The translations under genes and the position numbers were made by a program. DNA of 64,000 bases from Vicugna vicugna (taxonomy: Eukaryota): the NCBI GenBank assembly GCA_013265495.1, contig MU058065.1:9403720-9467719 (forward strand), read 5' to 3'. Below, piece after piece: positions 36,481 to 48,122 of the stretch (the first letter of the stretch is position 1; every line of letters begins with the position of its first letter). The notes under the pieces are model-generated. The model was given only the letters and a program-made list of their open reading frames with translations, made no database searches and was not told the DNA's origin.

Positions 36481-39384
36481 CAGTTAGCATTACAGAAGTC
36501 AGATGTTGTAGTCAAAGCATCATGAAAATCAGAGCAAATCCAGATCACCTAGAAAACTCAGCAAAATGGAGGAAGGAAATGTAGAAAACCAGCTCAGGTC
36601 TATTTACCTATAAGAAGGTTACTACATATAAGCCATCATTTTAACATATGATAGAAATACATTAACCTCCAGAGATCACGTCACCCCTGAGAAGCTGTAT
36701 AAGTTTTCACAACTCTTTTATGACAACACTGAAATATTACTAAAGATAAGAAGAGGTAATGTTTGAAAGTGCATTCCGAAAACATTTGTGCCCTGAATTT
36801 TTGCAAGGATAACTCATAATAGCAAGTGTTATACATATGAATTTGATTATGGAAAAATTACAGAGCTTTACAAATAGGAAATAGAACTGTCTAGCTGATT
36901 TCCTTGTTAACATTTGCTGTGTAAATAGTGCATACTAGACCATTTCCAAATGAAGCCCCGAATCAAACGCATTTTTTAATGAAATGAAACACATAAATAA
37001 AATATTAGTTTTGATATTGGACCATAAAATAATAAATCCTTTACCTTTGGCCATCTTCATGTCAAGAACATAATTTTCCCCTCTTTCGCAAAGGGCTGAC
37101 ACTTCTTCCAAGGTTGAATGCAAATTACCAATGAACAAGACTGTTTATTTTATCATTTAATTCAACTTTCTCTCTTGCTTGTTTAAAGACACATAAAAAA
37201 ACTTTTCAAAAGAAACCTTTTAGCTTTTCTTCCCTCAGGACTGCTATTAATAAGCACACCAAAAGCAAGGGAGATTTGAGCTATTTTAAAATATGCAACC
37301 CATAGTAATGAATTAATTACCATATAATACTTAAAGCTTTGATTATTCGTACATGAGAGCTTCCATTATTAATGATTGCTTATGAACTTAATCTTTCTAA
37401 TTTCCATTATGATTCAAATTAACTTGATTAGTTGGTCTCATGATTCACATTTCTATCAACCTCTACTTTTAATTTCTGAAGCATGAAATGACATAAAATG
37501 TCTTTGGGGGAAAGCACTTAAAATTAAGATTTTACTTTGATGTACTAAGTAAATGAATTGAATTAGATGACTAGTAATTGAACTTTGTTTTCATTCACAC
37601 ACTGTCCTCTGGTGTTTAAATGTCTACATTGCATGTTAAAATGAAGATCCCAAATCAAATGCAAAGAGTTAATTGCTTCTTGCACTTGGGAAGGTACGTT
37701 TATCTTTATGTTTGGTCTAAAAATTATCTGCCTTATTGAGATTGTAAGTGAACGAATGAAAATGTCAAATAACATGATGAAAATTAAGTACTTTCTAAAA
37801 ACACAAAGTAAAGGCTTCGAGAACGCATGTTTGTGTTGACAGGATACGGACTGTCTTTTTAAGAGCACACTTGGGGATTTCTTTTAAAGTAAAATCACTC
37901 AGTACTAAATAGTTCACTTCACTTCCTCCCCATCCCCTAGATTTTTCTTTTTAAGATGCTAGTGTTTTCCCTAGAGGTTTTGGCAAAGAAGAATTTAGTG
38001 ATGATCTAGTGCAGACATGAGGAGCAATTAGGCCCTCAATCAGGGCTTTGTGCTTATTTAGGAATTATGCAACCCTGTTAATATCCCCCAACTGCTTTAG
38101 TTGAACATTCCCCACCCCTTCACCCCTCCGACATCTTTTCTCTCTTGATTTGAAGTGAAATCGGGGTGAAAACCTAAATGCTGTCTTTTTGTTTCCGTTT
38201 ATTTCAAGTATATTTTGGATTGGCTGGAGGGTCAACTTGTGGATTTAATTTCTTTACTGTTTCTTTTTATTTCTTGAATTGTCTTCCCCACCTCCCTCCC
38301 CATTTTCTTCTGAATGATGACTATTACATGCTGTTTTTTCAAATGCCATGAATCTAATTTTATTTGTTTGCTAGAGTTGACTGAGGAAGCTCAATGAGGT
38401 CTGTGACCATGATGTGGGAAATAATAAATGTCTGCCTAAGGGAATTGATCATTTTATTACAATATGTTCACTAAGAGCTAGTCATTCCAAGTAATTAGCA
38501 TGATGCCATCAGGGAAAAGCTACTTTCTGGGAGCAATGTGTTTGTGCAGGTAAATGTATTTCCCTGAAGCTGGAAGAACACTTCTTAGATATATCAGAGG
38601 GGGCATTCTCTCCTCAGGAGCAAGAGTGAACCAGATGACCTCTTAAGCGTTCTTTGACACTAAGAACCTGTGACTGAGAACATCCTTTTGTAAATTTCCT
38701 ACTGCAGGGCAGTGATGGAGGACACCCAGTAAAACCCAATCTCCAAAACACAGGAAGCTTTTTCTTAAAGTGATTTATATCCAAAAGAATTAGGATAGCA
38801 ATCATTTGATGCTATTTCTTCGAGGAACATACAAGGATGTATATATTGAGAAAGGAATGCATCTTACAGATCACCTGCCTAGAGGTGTGACAGCCCTGCT
38901 GGGTACATTTTTGGAGGTTCATGAGGGCAGGGAGCATCCTTGGCTTTGCTCACTACGGAATCCTTTGCATCTAGGGTAATATCTGGCATGTAATAAACAT
39001 TCATTAAATATTTGTTGGAGGGAATGAATGAGAGAAAGTTGGTATGGTAAAATCCAAGGCATCCAAATGGTAGTATTTTTCACATTGTACCATTGATTAT
39101 CTCTCTCTGTCCATCTCTCATATATCTGACCTATCAAAATCCTATAGCTAGGAAAAAGATGACCTTGACATTTGTGAGGAACTAATAGTAATGGCTTAAT
39201 TTTTACAACTGCTAAAGTCTTTAATGAGAGGTTCATCAAAGGTGTTTAAGAGAGGAATCTGCTGACTGGCATGGCATGGTGAGGTCACTAAGGTTTTAGG
39301 TCTGGCCCTAAGCTTTACAACTTTCAGAATCTGGATAATGTAGCTCAATCACGGATGTTACTACTATGTCAAAAATTACTTCTG

Positions 39385-39550
39385 CTACTACTACTACTAT
39401 TAGCTAATAAAGGTTAATCATGTCTTAAATGCTTCATTTAATCCTCATAACAACTTCCTGAGGTCAGTACTACCATTGCTCCAATTTTTGGGGGTGAAAA
39501 AAGTGACATTCAGAGTGGTTAAGTAGTTTGCTCTAAATCACACAGCCATA
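39385..39550 (-). mobile_element. MIR SINE
   Basis: TCATTTAATCCTCATAACAAC..TGAGGT; CAGAGTGGTTAAGTAGTTTGC..TCACACAGC. Confidence 0.75.
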
Positions 39551-40182
39551 CTGAGATAAAAACAAGAGTGTTAATTTCATAAGAAAGAAGAATAAAAACT
39601 TAGGTATTAAAATAATGACATTAAAAATGCTTTCGATGTATTAAGAAAAAAATGCCAATTCAGGGTTACAAAAATCGCGTTTTAGTTTACTATGCAATCT
39701 TGTCAGTGCATTTCTGTGACTACAAACCAAGTCTCCTTTGTGAACAGGAAGCCCCAGTCCACTGATTCCCTCCTGCCCCGCTGTGCCCCTTGATCGGCCA
39801 TGGGATATAACATTGTGTCTGCGAAGGGGCAGGTCTGAACTTTCCTTCTCTGCTGGAGTCTCTGATTTCTTCCCCGCCACTGCTGTAACCGACCCTCACC
39901 CCTTCCTTCTGAGCCGAGAGGATAACGAGCCTGTCCTCAGCAATGCGGGGGAGAGTAGTTTGAGTTGGATAATTCAGATGATGTGACTTGCCGGATACTG
40001 TGTGCACGCCTCAGCTTGGAGTCCCCAGTAGGAATGTGGAGTGGTTTAAATCTGGGCCTCTGTCCTCTCTGATCGCCCGCCTACCACTCAGGAATGTCCC
40101 AGGCACACTCACCCCAGACCTACTGTGCCAGGATCTCCTCAAGTTCTGGCCCAGTAGCTTTAAAAAAAAACTCCCCAAGTTT

Positions 40183-40329
40183 GGGAGGGTATAGCTCAAG
40201 TGGTAGAACTGAATGCTTAGCGTGTTCGAGGTCCTCGGTTCAATCCCCAGGACCTCTTCTAAAATAAATAAATAAACCTAATTACCTCCCTCTTCTGCCA
40301 AAAAATAAAATTAAAATAAATCATTTTTG
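40183..40329 (+). mobile_element. Vic-1 SINE
   Basis: GGGAGGGTATAGCTCAAGTGGTAGA..GGTTCAATCCCCAG..AAATAAACCTAATTACCTCCC; degenerate TSD AAAAA(CTC/TTT)CCCAA. Confidence 0.93.
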
Positions 40330-40419
40330 AAAAATTTCCCAATTACTCAGATCAACTAGATTGTGGAAACACAAGTCAAAGTCTTTGAAATGCAGGCCTG
40401 AAAGGATGAGATCAAGGAA

Positions 40420-41030
40420 CTACTAGACTGTTTTCCAAAATGCTTGAAAATTTTTATAATCCTATCTTGCTATTAGAGACTTGTTATTGTCTATCTTTTA
40501 AATTTTTTATTTTAGCCATTCTAGTGGGTGTGAAGCAGTATCTTATTGTGGCTTTAATTTACATTTCCCTAATGACAGATGATGTTGAGCATCTTTTCAT
40601 GGGCTTATTGGACATCTGTATGTTTTCTTTGGAGGAATGTCTGTTAAATCCTTTATCCATACATTTTCCAGTTGGGTTATTTGTCTCTTTATTGCTGAGT
40701 GGTGAGTGCTCTTTTTATGTATTCTGAAGACAAGCTAGTTCCTTAGCAGATATATGATTTGCAAATATTTTTCCAATTTTGTACATTACCTTTTCACTTT
40801 CTTGGCAGTATCCTTTGAAGCACAAAAGTTTTAAATTTTGAAGATGTCCAGTTTATCAGGTTTTTCTTTTGTTGCTTGTACTTTTGGTGTTATATCTAAG
40901 AAACTGCTGCCTAATCCAAGGTCATGAAAATTTATGCTTGTTTTCTTCAAAGAGTTTTGTAGTTTTACCTCATACATTTAGGTCGATTTTATGATTGATT
41001 TTAAGTGAATTTTTATATATGGTGTGAACC
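40420..41030 (-). mobile_element. L1M (L1MB-like) ORF2 fragment
   Basis: TAGCCATTCTAGTGGGTGTGAAGCAGTATCTTATTGTGG..GATGTTGAGCATCTTTTCAT; TGCCTAATCCAAGGTCATGAA. Confidence 0.9.
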
Positions 41031-43109
41031 GAAGTGGTTTAACTCATAGAATTCTTTCTTTTTGAATCTTCTAGGCTCAAAGAAGACCATTCATTTCAGT
41101 TTACATGATCTTTCTTCAGATATTGTGAAGGCTGCAATCTTTTTTATACAAAGCCCAAATTATTTGATGTCTGGGACCTGCTCTTGCGGTATGCTGACCA
41201 CAGAGGTAAACTGTCTTTTAAAGTGACTTCTGTAGATTGATAATCATGTTCATCATGTGTTGATTCTTTGGAAGAAAATGAGGTTCAGGTTCTTTGGGGT
41301 GGGGAAAACATGGTTTCCTATATGCTGATCATATAGAATAGATTGTTCTGAACTTTTGGTCATGGTGAGAGTTTGTAATTGGTCATGGTAAGAGCTTACA
41401 ATTTAGTAAAATATATAGCTTTGCCTGAACTCAACTGAAAATCAAAATTACTATTTTGGTAGCCCTTTACTTTTTAGGATCTTAGAAGAAAATTTTTTGC
41501 TAATGTTAACTCAAGTTTGTGGTTGATAGGGGTTTCACAGGACATTTACCTTGGCATTTGTGGAAATGTGTCTGATTTCTAACTAGGTTACAAATTTCCT
41601 CCTGAGGCTAACTCATGGTGATGTAATTAGCTGGTGATGGCTTGCAGTTCTGGGCTTCCCAAGACCCCTGGTGGCAAAGATGAGCTATGTGTTCCTGTTT
41701 ATTGCTCCCTGGGTTACAATCTGAAGAGCTAGAAGCTGACAGTTCACGGCAGACAATCCTCATTTGGCAACTGAGTTTTCCCAAGTCAACAAAGCACAAG
41801 GTCATTGATTCTCAGAGGATAGGAAAACGGGCCTTTTCAAAAGGAAATCTAATTTTTTGGGAGTGAGTAGGGATCACGGACCAAGTTAACTTGTTTTTTG
41901 ATTACTGTATTTGACTGATGTGCATACACACTGGCATGGCGGTTTTGCCAGAAGCCTGAGGATCAATGAGAAGAATGAGTTTTCTTCAACTAGAGTCAAA
42001 AGTAACTTTTCTAAATTTAGGACAAGCCTTCCATCATTATTATTTTATGTTCTGGTACCCATATTTGTGTTCATATTGAAAAAAAATCATGTTGTCTTCT
42101 CTTATAGAAGTAGATATTAATAGACATTCAAAACAGAAGCATGCAACGTGATATATGACTCAGAAAATAGGAACTCAAAAACACAGTTTTGATGGATTGT
42201 CCATCTGGTTATAGACAACTGATTCATGATTAACTGAACTAGAGAATCAAAATGGGATTACATCTTTAAAATTCTCAATCCTTCTTTCAATTAGTCACCT
42301 GATTTAAAAAAAATATATATATGGCTTGCATGTGGATTTTCCTTAAAACGCATGAAGCTAAATTTTTTTCAGTTCTTCATTTGCCAGAGCCTCATCTAGG
42401 CCCTGTACCAAATTTGCTTGTGGAATTTTGCATTCTTTTCTTTAAAAAAAAAAGTCTCCATAAAGTTTGTTTCAGGTTTCACAAATCTGGATTCACCCTG
42501 GTCTGAGTTAACTATGTCTCCTGTCTTTATACAGGCTATGTTTTTTTTTTAATTGCAAAAACAAGTGGCTGAATGCAGGTTATTTCTGAAATGAATTATT
42601 TCTTCAAGTCATGTAAAGAGATGGCAAAGGGAAAAACCCTGGACTCTCGTATCTTAAAAAGTTAATCTCTATTTATCCATTGACTTTTATTCTCTTTTGC
42701 TTCAAACCCACAATGTAACACTGAGTGAGCAGCTGAGGTCTAATGCGTTTAGTGGCTGGGAGTTTAGTTCTGTTCCTGACTCGGTAGGAACAGCCAGTTC
42801 TACTTTTCTTGGTGGCTCCACAGACCTGCCATGTAGGATGATGTATTAGAGCGATCTGGATTTGGCTTACCCAAATGCTATGTCTGGGTTATAGTTTTTA
42901 TATGTGTAAAATAGGCCTAAATGGCTTTCCTACTTCAGAGATTTCAGGCGATGTTGAAGGGAACAGATCCTATTAGGAAGACAAGATGACTGGAAAATTA
43001 AGGGACTTCTGTGTCAGCTCTGGGAGGTTTGGTACAGGGTCTGGTATATAGTAGGTGCTCAGTAAAGATTTGCAACATGTAGCAAGCTCTGATTATTTTC
43101 ACTAATCTC

Positions 43110-43480
43110 ATGCATTAAGATACCACTAGTTGTTTTAATAATGATCCCCCTAATCTCAATAGCACAACACAAAAGAAGTTTATTATTGCTTATGGAAAAG
43201 TCAAGTCACCATATTTTTGCTTATGTGGAAGAAAGAAGGATAAGGGGAGATTCATGGAGGGGCCCAGGGCATTAACATCCTGCAAGATGTTGAGAGCACA
43301 GAAGGTGTGATGGGCCAAGTCTGGAAGTAGAGTGCACCCTTCTCACGTTCAAGACAAGAAGAGCTCGGTCACTTGTCTTCAGCTTACTGCAAGCGAAGCT
43401 GGGAAATGAGGCCCTGGCTGGTGAGCTGCTTCCTGGGAACTTCTCTGCACCGTGGGAGGGCAGCTTCCATGGCTGCTGCA
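43110..43480. mobile_element. Old MaLR LTR (MLT1-like)
   Basis: AATCTCAATAGCACAACACAAAAGAAGTTTATT; GCCAAGTCTGGAAGTAG; ACTGCAAGCGAAGCTGGGAAATG. Confidence 0.6.
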
Positions 43481-45444
43481 CCGTAATACCGGATCTGATG
43501 AGAGCAAGGACAGGTTATACCAGGCAGCAGTGATGTGGCATGTGATGGAGGAGGAACAGGACAAAGAAAGTTTCCAGAACATCACTTAGAGAGAATGAAT
43601 GGAAGCACAATAAGGATACAAAGTGAAAATAGAAGCAATTAATGTGAGAGACGTCTTCTGATCCCTTTGTATAAAAACAAAGCGGCATGCTTTGGAAAAA
43701 AAAAAAAACCTGCATGTATCTCTCACCTACATTTTTCTCCTTGGACGAAACCTTCCATTAATTTTCCATGCTTCACTTTGCCAGAGAGACTCTGAAAGCC
43801 TTTCAAAAGCAGTTTTCAGTCTTGACTTTGAGTAAGAATGCTACACAATACTAAATCTCCAACATTCAACTCACTCCAGTTTCACCTTAGTGATGTCACT
43901 CTGAAAAACTTTATGGTTATGAAAAAAAAAACCCAAAAAACACCATTTACTTTTTTTTTATTAAACAGTTTGTAGTCCATTAGCAATAGTTTTGTTTTGT
44001 TTTGTTTAGTGTTACTCTGCCAGTGACCTGGAAGTCTCTGAAATGAAACGAATTTCTAAAGAAGGAGGTCCACACACCAGAGTGAAGGTGGCAGTCTATA
44101 TCTGGAAATCAAATTGTGCTGAAGTAGTTGCAAATGAGTCAATCTCAGTGAGAAACAAATTGTTTGAACAATAGACTTAATTAACTTGTGTTTATGTCTT
44201 CCATCACAGCAGGTGTGAAGTCCCAGGGCATCTGCTGATACACCTGAGCTGAAAACCAAGCGCTGTTTCTATGACTGAGGCGTTTAATAAGGCTGTGCTG
44301 GTCCCGGTAGTCTCCCCCGCTGCCCTCAGGGAAGGCTCTGAAGCGAGGGGAGGTAGAGGGCTGTCTCCTGGAGCTTTGTCTCCTGTATTCCTTTTCATTT
44401 GAAAAGAGCATTTAACATTAATAGAAGTGCATTTTGGGTTGACTTTATAAGGAGAACTCTCAGATACATGCTACTTCCAGATGATACAGGAAGTGCCAGG
44501 AAGGTGAGGGCCAACTGGTATGCATGGAAACCCAAATCACATCCGTCCCTTTCTCATTTCTAGTCTGATTGAGAGAAATCCCTTCCTTGTACAATGAAGC
44601 GCATTTGGGAAAATGCCTCAGGAGCTTCATCGTAGTTTTAGTTCCCTGGTAAATGGAATTAAACACTTTCGTCTCTTCGGAAATTCTGTTTGAAGTTGGG
44701 CTTACCTTCATCAACGTTCTTTTTCTTAGACTTTTAAAGTGTTTATGTAATGTATGTTAAGTATGGCAATAAGATGCCTGGGGACAGATACTACAGAGAA
44801 CAAACATAACTTCTTATCTTGTTGTGTTTTCAAGCTTGGTTTCATCCACTATTGATTGGGTTATGAAATTCACTTGGGTTTCCTACACTTTAAAAAAAAT
44901 CCAGTCTACTTATTATTAATCTTACTGTTGAGATCAGCTGCATTCTAGATCAATGATGTGACACTCAACTAGTAGAAAATAGCTCCCCTCCCCAATTTTT
45001 TTTTCTGTCAGAAATTTTGCTGCTAATTTGTAACACAGTTTTGGAGAGAAAAACATAATTGATAGGTAGAATTTTTGTTTGTTAAGATTCAGGTTAATTC
45101 TAGAAGAGAAAAATGGAGCATAGTGCAGCTGTCTTACTAAAGACTTGTTAAAATGCTGGCATATAACGTGTATTTTTGTGCATGATGTATTCATTCATCA
45201 AATACACCATCAACAATTATTGAGAACTCTCTCTATGACCAGCAGTCTTCTGGGTGCCAGGAATACAAAGCTGAGTAAGACAACCATGATGAGTTTGCAG
45301 CATAAGGAAGGATGTCTGATCTGGTAAGTTTCTCAGTTCTATCATTTTTGGAATATGTTCATAAAATGTGACCTCTGGGACAGATTTCATGAAGTTCCCC
45401 TAATTGTCCCAGGTAACTGTCTTGAAACTTTTGAAAGTCAAGAG

Positions 45445-46090
45445 ATATGTCGCAGGTTGGTTTCTCTCAGAAGCAGATGCACAGATGGCGGTAGGAAGGC
45501 AAAGTTTTATTGGTCCATAATGCCTGTGAAAGGAAACAGGAGGAAGCCAGTTGGGCGGGGCCTTCAGTCTGCAATACTGATCTGACAACATCTCTGCCAG
45601 CTCAGCCAGGCGCTCTGGGGCACAGACTGCCTGTTGGAGGAGCCCTGCATTGGGTAGAAATGGGTAAGCTTGAGGTTACGTAACGGTGCATGCAGATTCT
45701 CCAAGGTGCCATGGCGAACACACAGGAGTGCAGCAGGATGTTGTTAATTTTCCAGGGAAACACGGTAACATCTATCAGATACCACGCAAACTACTGCTCT
45801 TACCTTGTCTGGACCTAACTATTTGACAAAAGGAACTGGCATGCAATTTCTTTTGGCTTAGGGTGTGCCATGAGAAAATTACACAGACACTGTGGGTGCC
45901 GTGAATTGAGAAGGCTTGGGGATTTCTGGGCAAGACCGTGGTACCTTGGGACTCCAGAAGGATGTGCATGTGGCTATCACTGCTCTACTCAGTCTGACTG
46001 GGGACCTGAGAAGAGTGTGACCTCAGTCTGAAGGCTGCGTGGTCCCTAGTAAAGCTGGTAGCTGGAGCCTGTCCCACTAACCACAGCTAA
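45445..46090 (-). mobile_element. ERVL LTR (LTR16/LTR41-like) interrupted by a hAT element
   Basis: TGTCGCAGGTTGGTTTCTCTCAGAAGCAGA start typical of antisense LTR16-group LTRs. Confidence 0.55.
45680..45928. mobile_element. hAT-Charlie MITE (Charlie4/MER112-like)
   Basis: TTTCTTTTGGCTTAGGGTGTGCCATGAGAAAATTAC..GGGTGCCGTGAATTGAGAAGGCTTGGG. Confidence 0.7.
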
Positions 46091-48108
46091 GCACACTTCC
46101 ACAAATAAAATGTTCCACAAATGTTGGGAAAATGAATGAAAATCCATTTGCATGGCCAGGGGAGCACTGTCCGATGCTACACTGAAAGAACCAACCAGAA
46201 CTGCTCCCTACGTGGGCGGGGGCTGTAGGAGGAGTCCCCCAGAGAAGTGGAGATTTTAGGGAAAAAACAACAGTCAGCTGGTTGTTCCGGGTGGGAGGTA
46301 ATACTGTTGTAGTTCAGTTTGACTCAGGCTGGACCTCACCATGGGAGGTGGCCCACACCTTTTCCAGCAGCCCAGCCATTCCGATTGGATTCGGTTCCTT
46401 TGATGTGAGTAGACACGGTCGTCAGCGGAATTATTGGAGAGCTGCAGTTGGTGATTCCAAACAATTTTATAGAGAACAAGGAGCCGTTATACAGTTCTAA
46501 TATCTGTGACCCCCGCAAGAGCCCTCCCATTCTTTAGCAACTCATTTCCCACTCACAGATGTGTTCTGTGGGTCTTAGTGTGACTATTAAGTCACCAGGC
46601 CCAGGCTTATGAATAAGCTTTTATGTGTCAAGTGTTGTATCTCACTTGTGAACTGCTTCTTACCTAGATGATAAAAAGCAATTTCAGTAGCACTTAACTT
46701 AATTGGTTTGTGGCCAGACAAGGACCCTGGGTCCCACTTACAGAGCTTGGGCTGCACGCCTTGGTAATTCTAGAAAGCATGGGTCCCGTGTGTTCAGCCA
46801 TCACCTTCAATCACCTATTACTTCTGAGCAGGAAGGTGGGCAAATTCCCTGAGTGGGAAATAAGGTTTGTGCAACTTAATCTAGTAAATAACTGCAAGAA
46901 ATTTTAGACAACCAAAAGGTGGGGCTTTATTTGAAAAAGATGCCAGATTTCTCATCCAGCCTACCCATTCTTGAATTTTTATCCCCCCTACCTATGGAGC
47001 TGCTCACGTTTGCACTCTATTGCCAAGCTCCTATTTGCAAATTTTTCAAAATATTATCCTTTTGAAAAAAAGTAGGCATGTTCACTTGATTGTCAGCCTG
47101 GTCAGAGGAGACCTCATCCTCTCTTACTTTTGTGAACTGGGACGTGGGAAAAAGAGCCCCACACACATCACATAAGCTTTGTCATCAGCTCAGTGCATGA
47201 TCTTGGAAGGTCCCTTCCTTCTTTAGCTCAGTTTCCCACCTGTAAAATGAGGAGCCAGGAAGGGAGTCTGTAAATCCCAGAACCCTGCCAAAGATCTGCT
47301 TCCGGCTTGTGGGCACCTCTTCCTGCCCCTGCCTGTGCGGGGCTCCCTTCCCTAGGTTGCCCTCCTCATCAGACCTCCTGTCTCCATCCCCAGCTCTGGG
47401 CTCAGATAAAAGCTGCTCTGGAAGGTGTGCCAAGCACAGCCTCCTCTCTGGAGGAGAAGAAATTTGCTTTTCTGTCACCCACGGGAATTTCTCATTCCCC
47501 CAAGAGAAGTGGCCGTGACAAGCGCAAAATAGCACAAGGGCCCTCTGCTCAGCTGGTGACACCTGACTGTGTTTTCTGTTGACTCGAGCCAGTGATACTC
47601 AAGCCGCCTGTGGAAAAAAAATATCTATTTTTATCTGAGATGATGGACAGTAAATCATATGCCTGGTTTACAATAGCTCAGGGCCAAGAGGAACCCTGCC
47701 ATTTAATAGGAAATACAAACCTTGGGCACACACACCATTCTTTTGAAACAACCCATACAAAAGATGGGCAGGGCAGAGTTTGTGACTGTGGTTAGCTTTC
47801 ACTTGAATGAGAGGTTAATTAACATAAAAATTAATTTTATGTGGCTCTCAACCAGCCCACAGTTTATATGCTGTAAGAGAATTACAGTAATTAGTGCATC
47901 CAGCCAGCACAACAATACAAATAGTCGGTGGCATTTGTGATTTCCTGCAGTGCCGCTGCTACCTGGGTAATTCTCCTTCTGAGTATCTGTTTCTCAAGAA
48001 CACGGTTTTTAATAGCTTTGACTTGACATTTATGTCTTGAGCAAGACTGAAATGGGCAGCTGAAGACTAATTATGCTAAATATTCCAACAAGCATAATTA
48101 TCAGCAAT

Positions 48109-48122
48109 CCGGCAGGGGGCAC
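48109..48122 (+). promoter_or_regulatory. Candidate CTCF site
   Basis: CCGGCAGGGGGCAC, 13/14 match to CCASYAGRKGGCRS. Confidence 0.45.

Noticed and set aside
44706..44777. Minus-strand exon-shaped segment with AAG|gtaagc donor
   Set aside because: All three frames are closed and there is no supporting neighbour; indistinguishable from a pseudo-exon.
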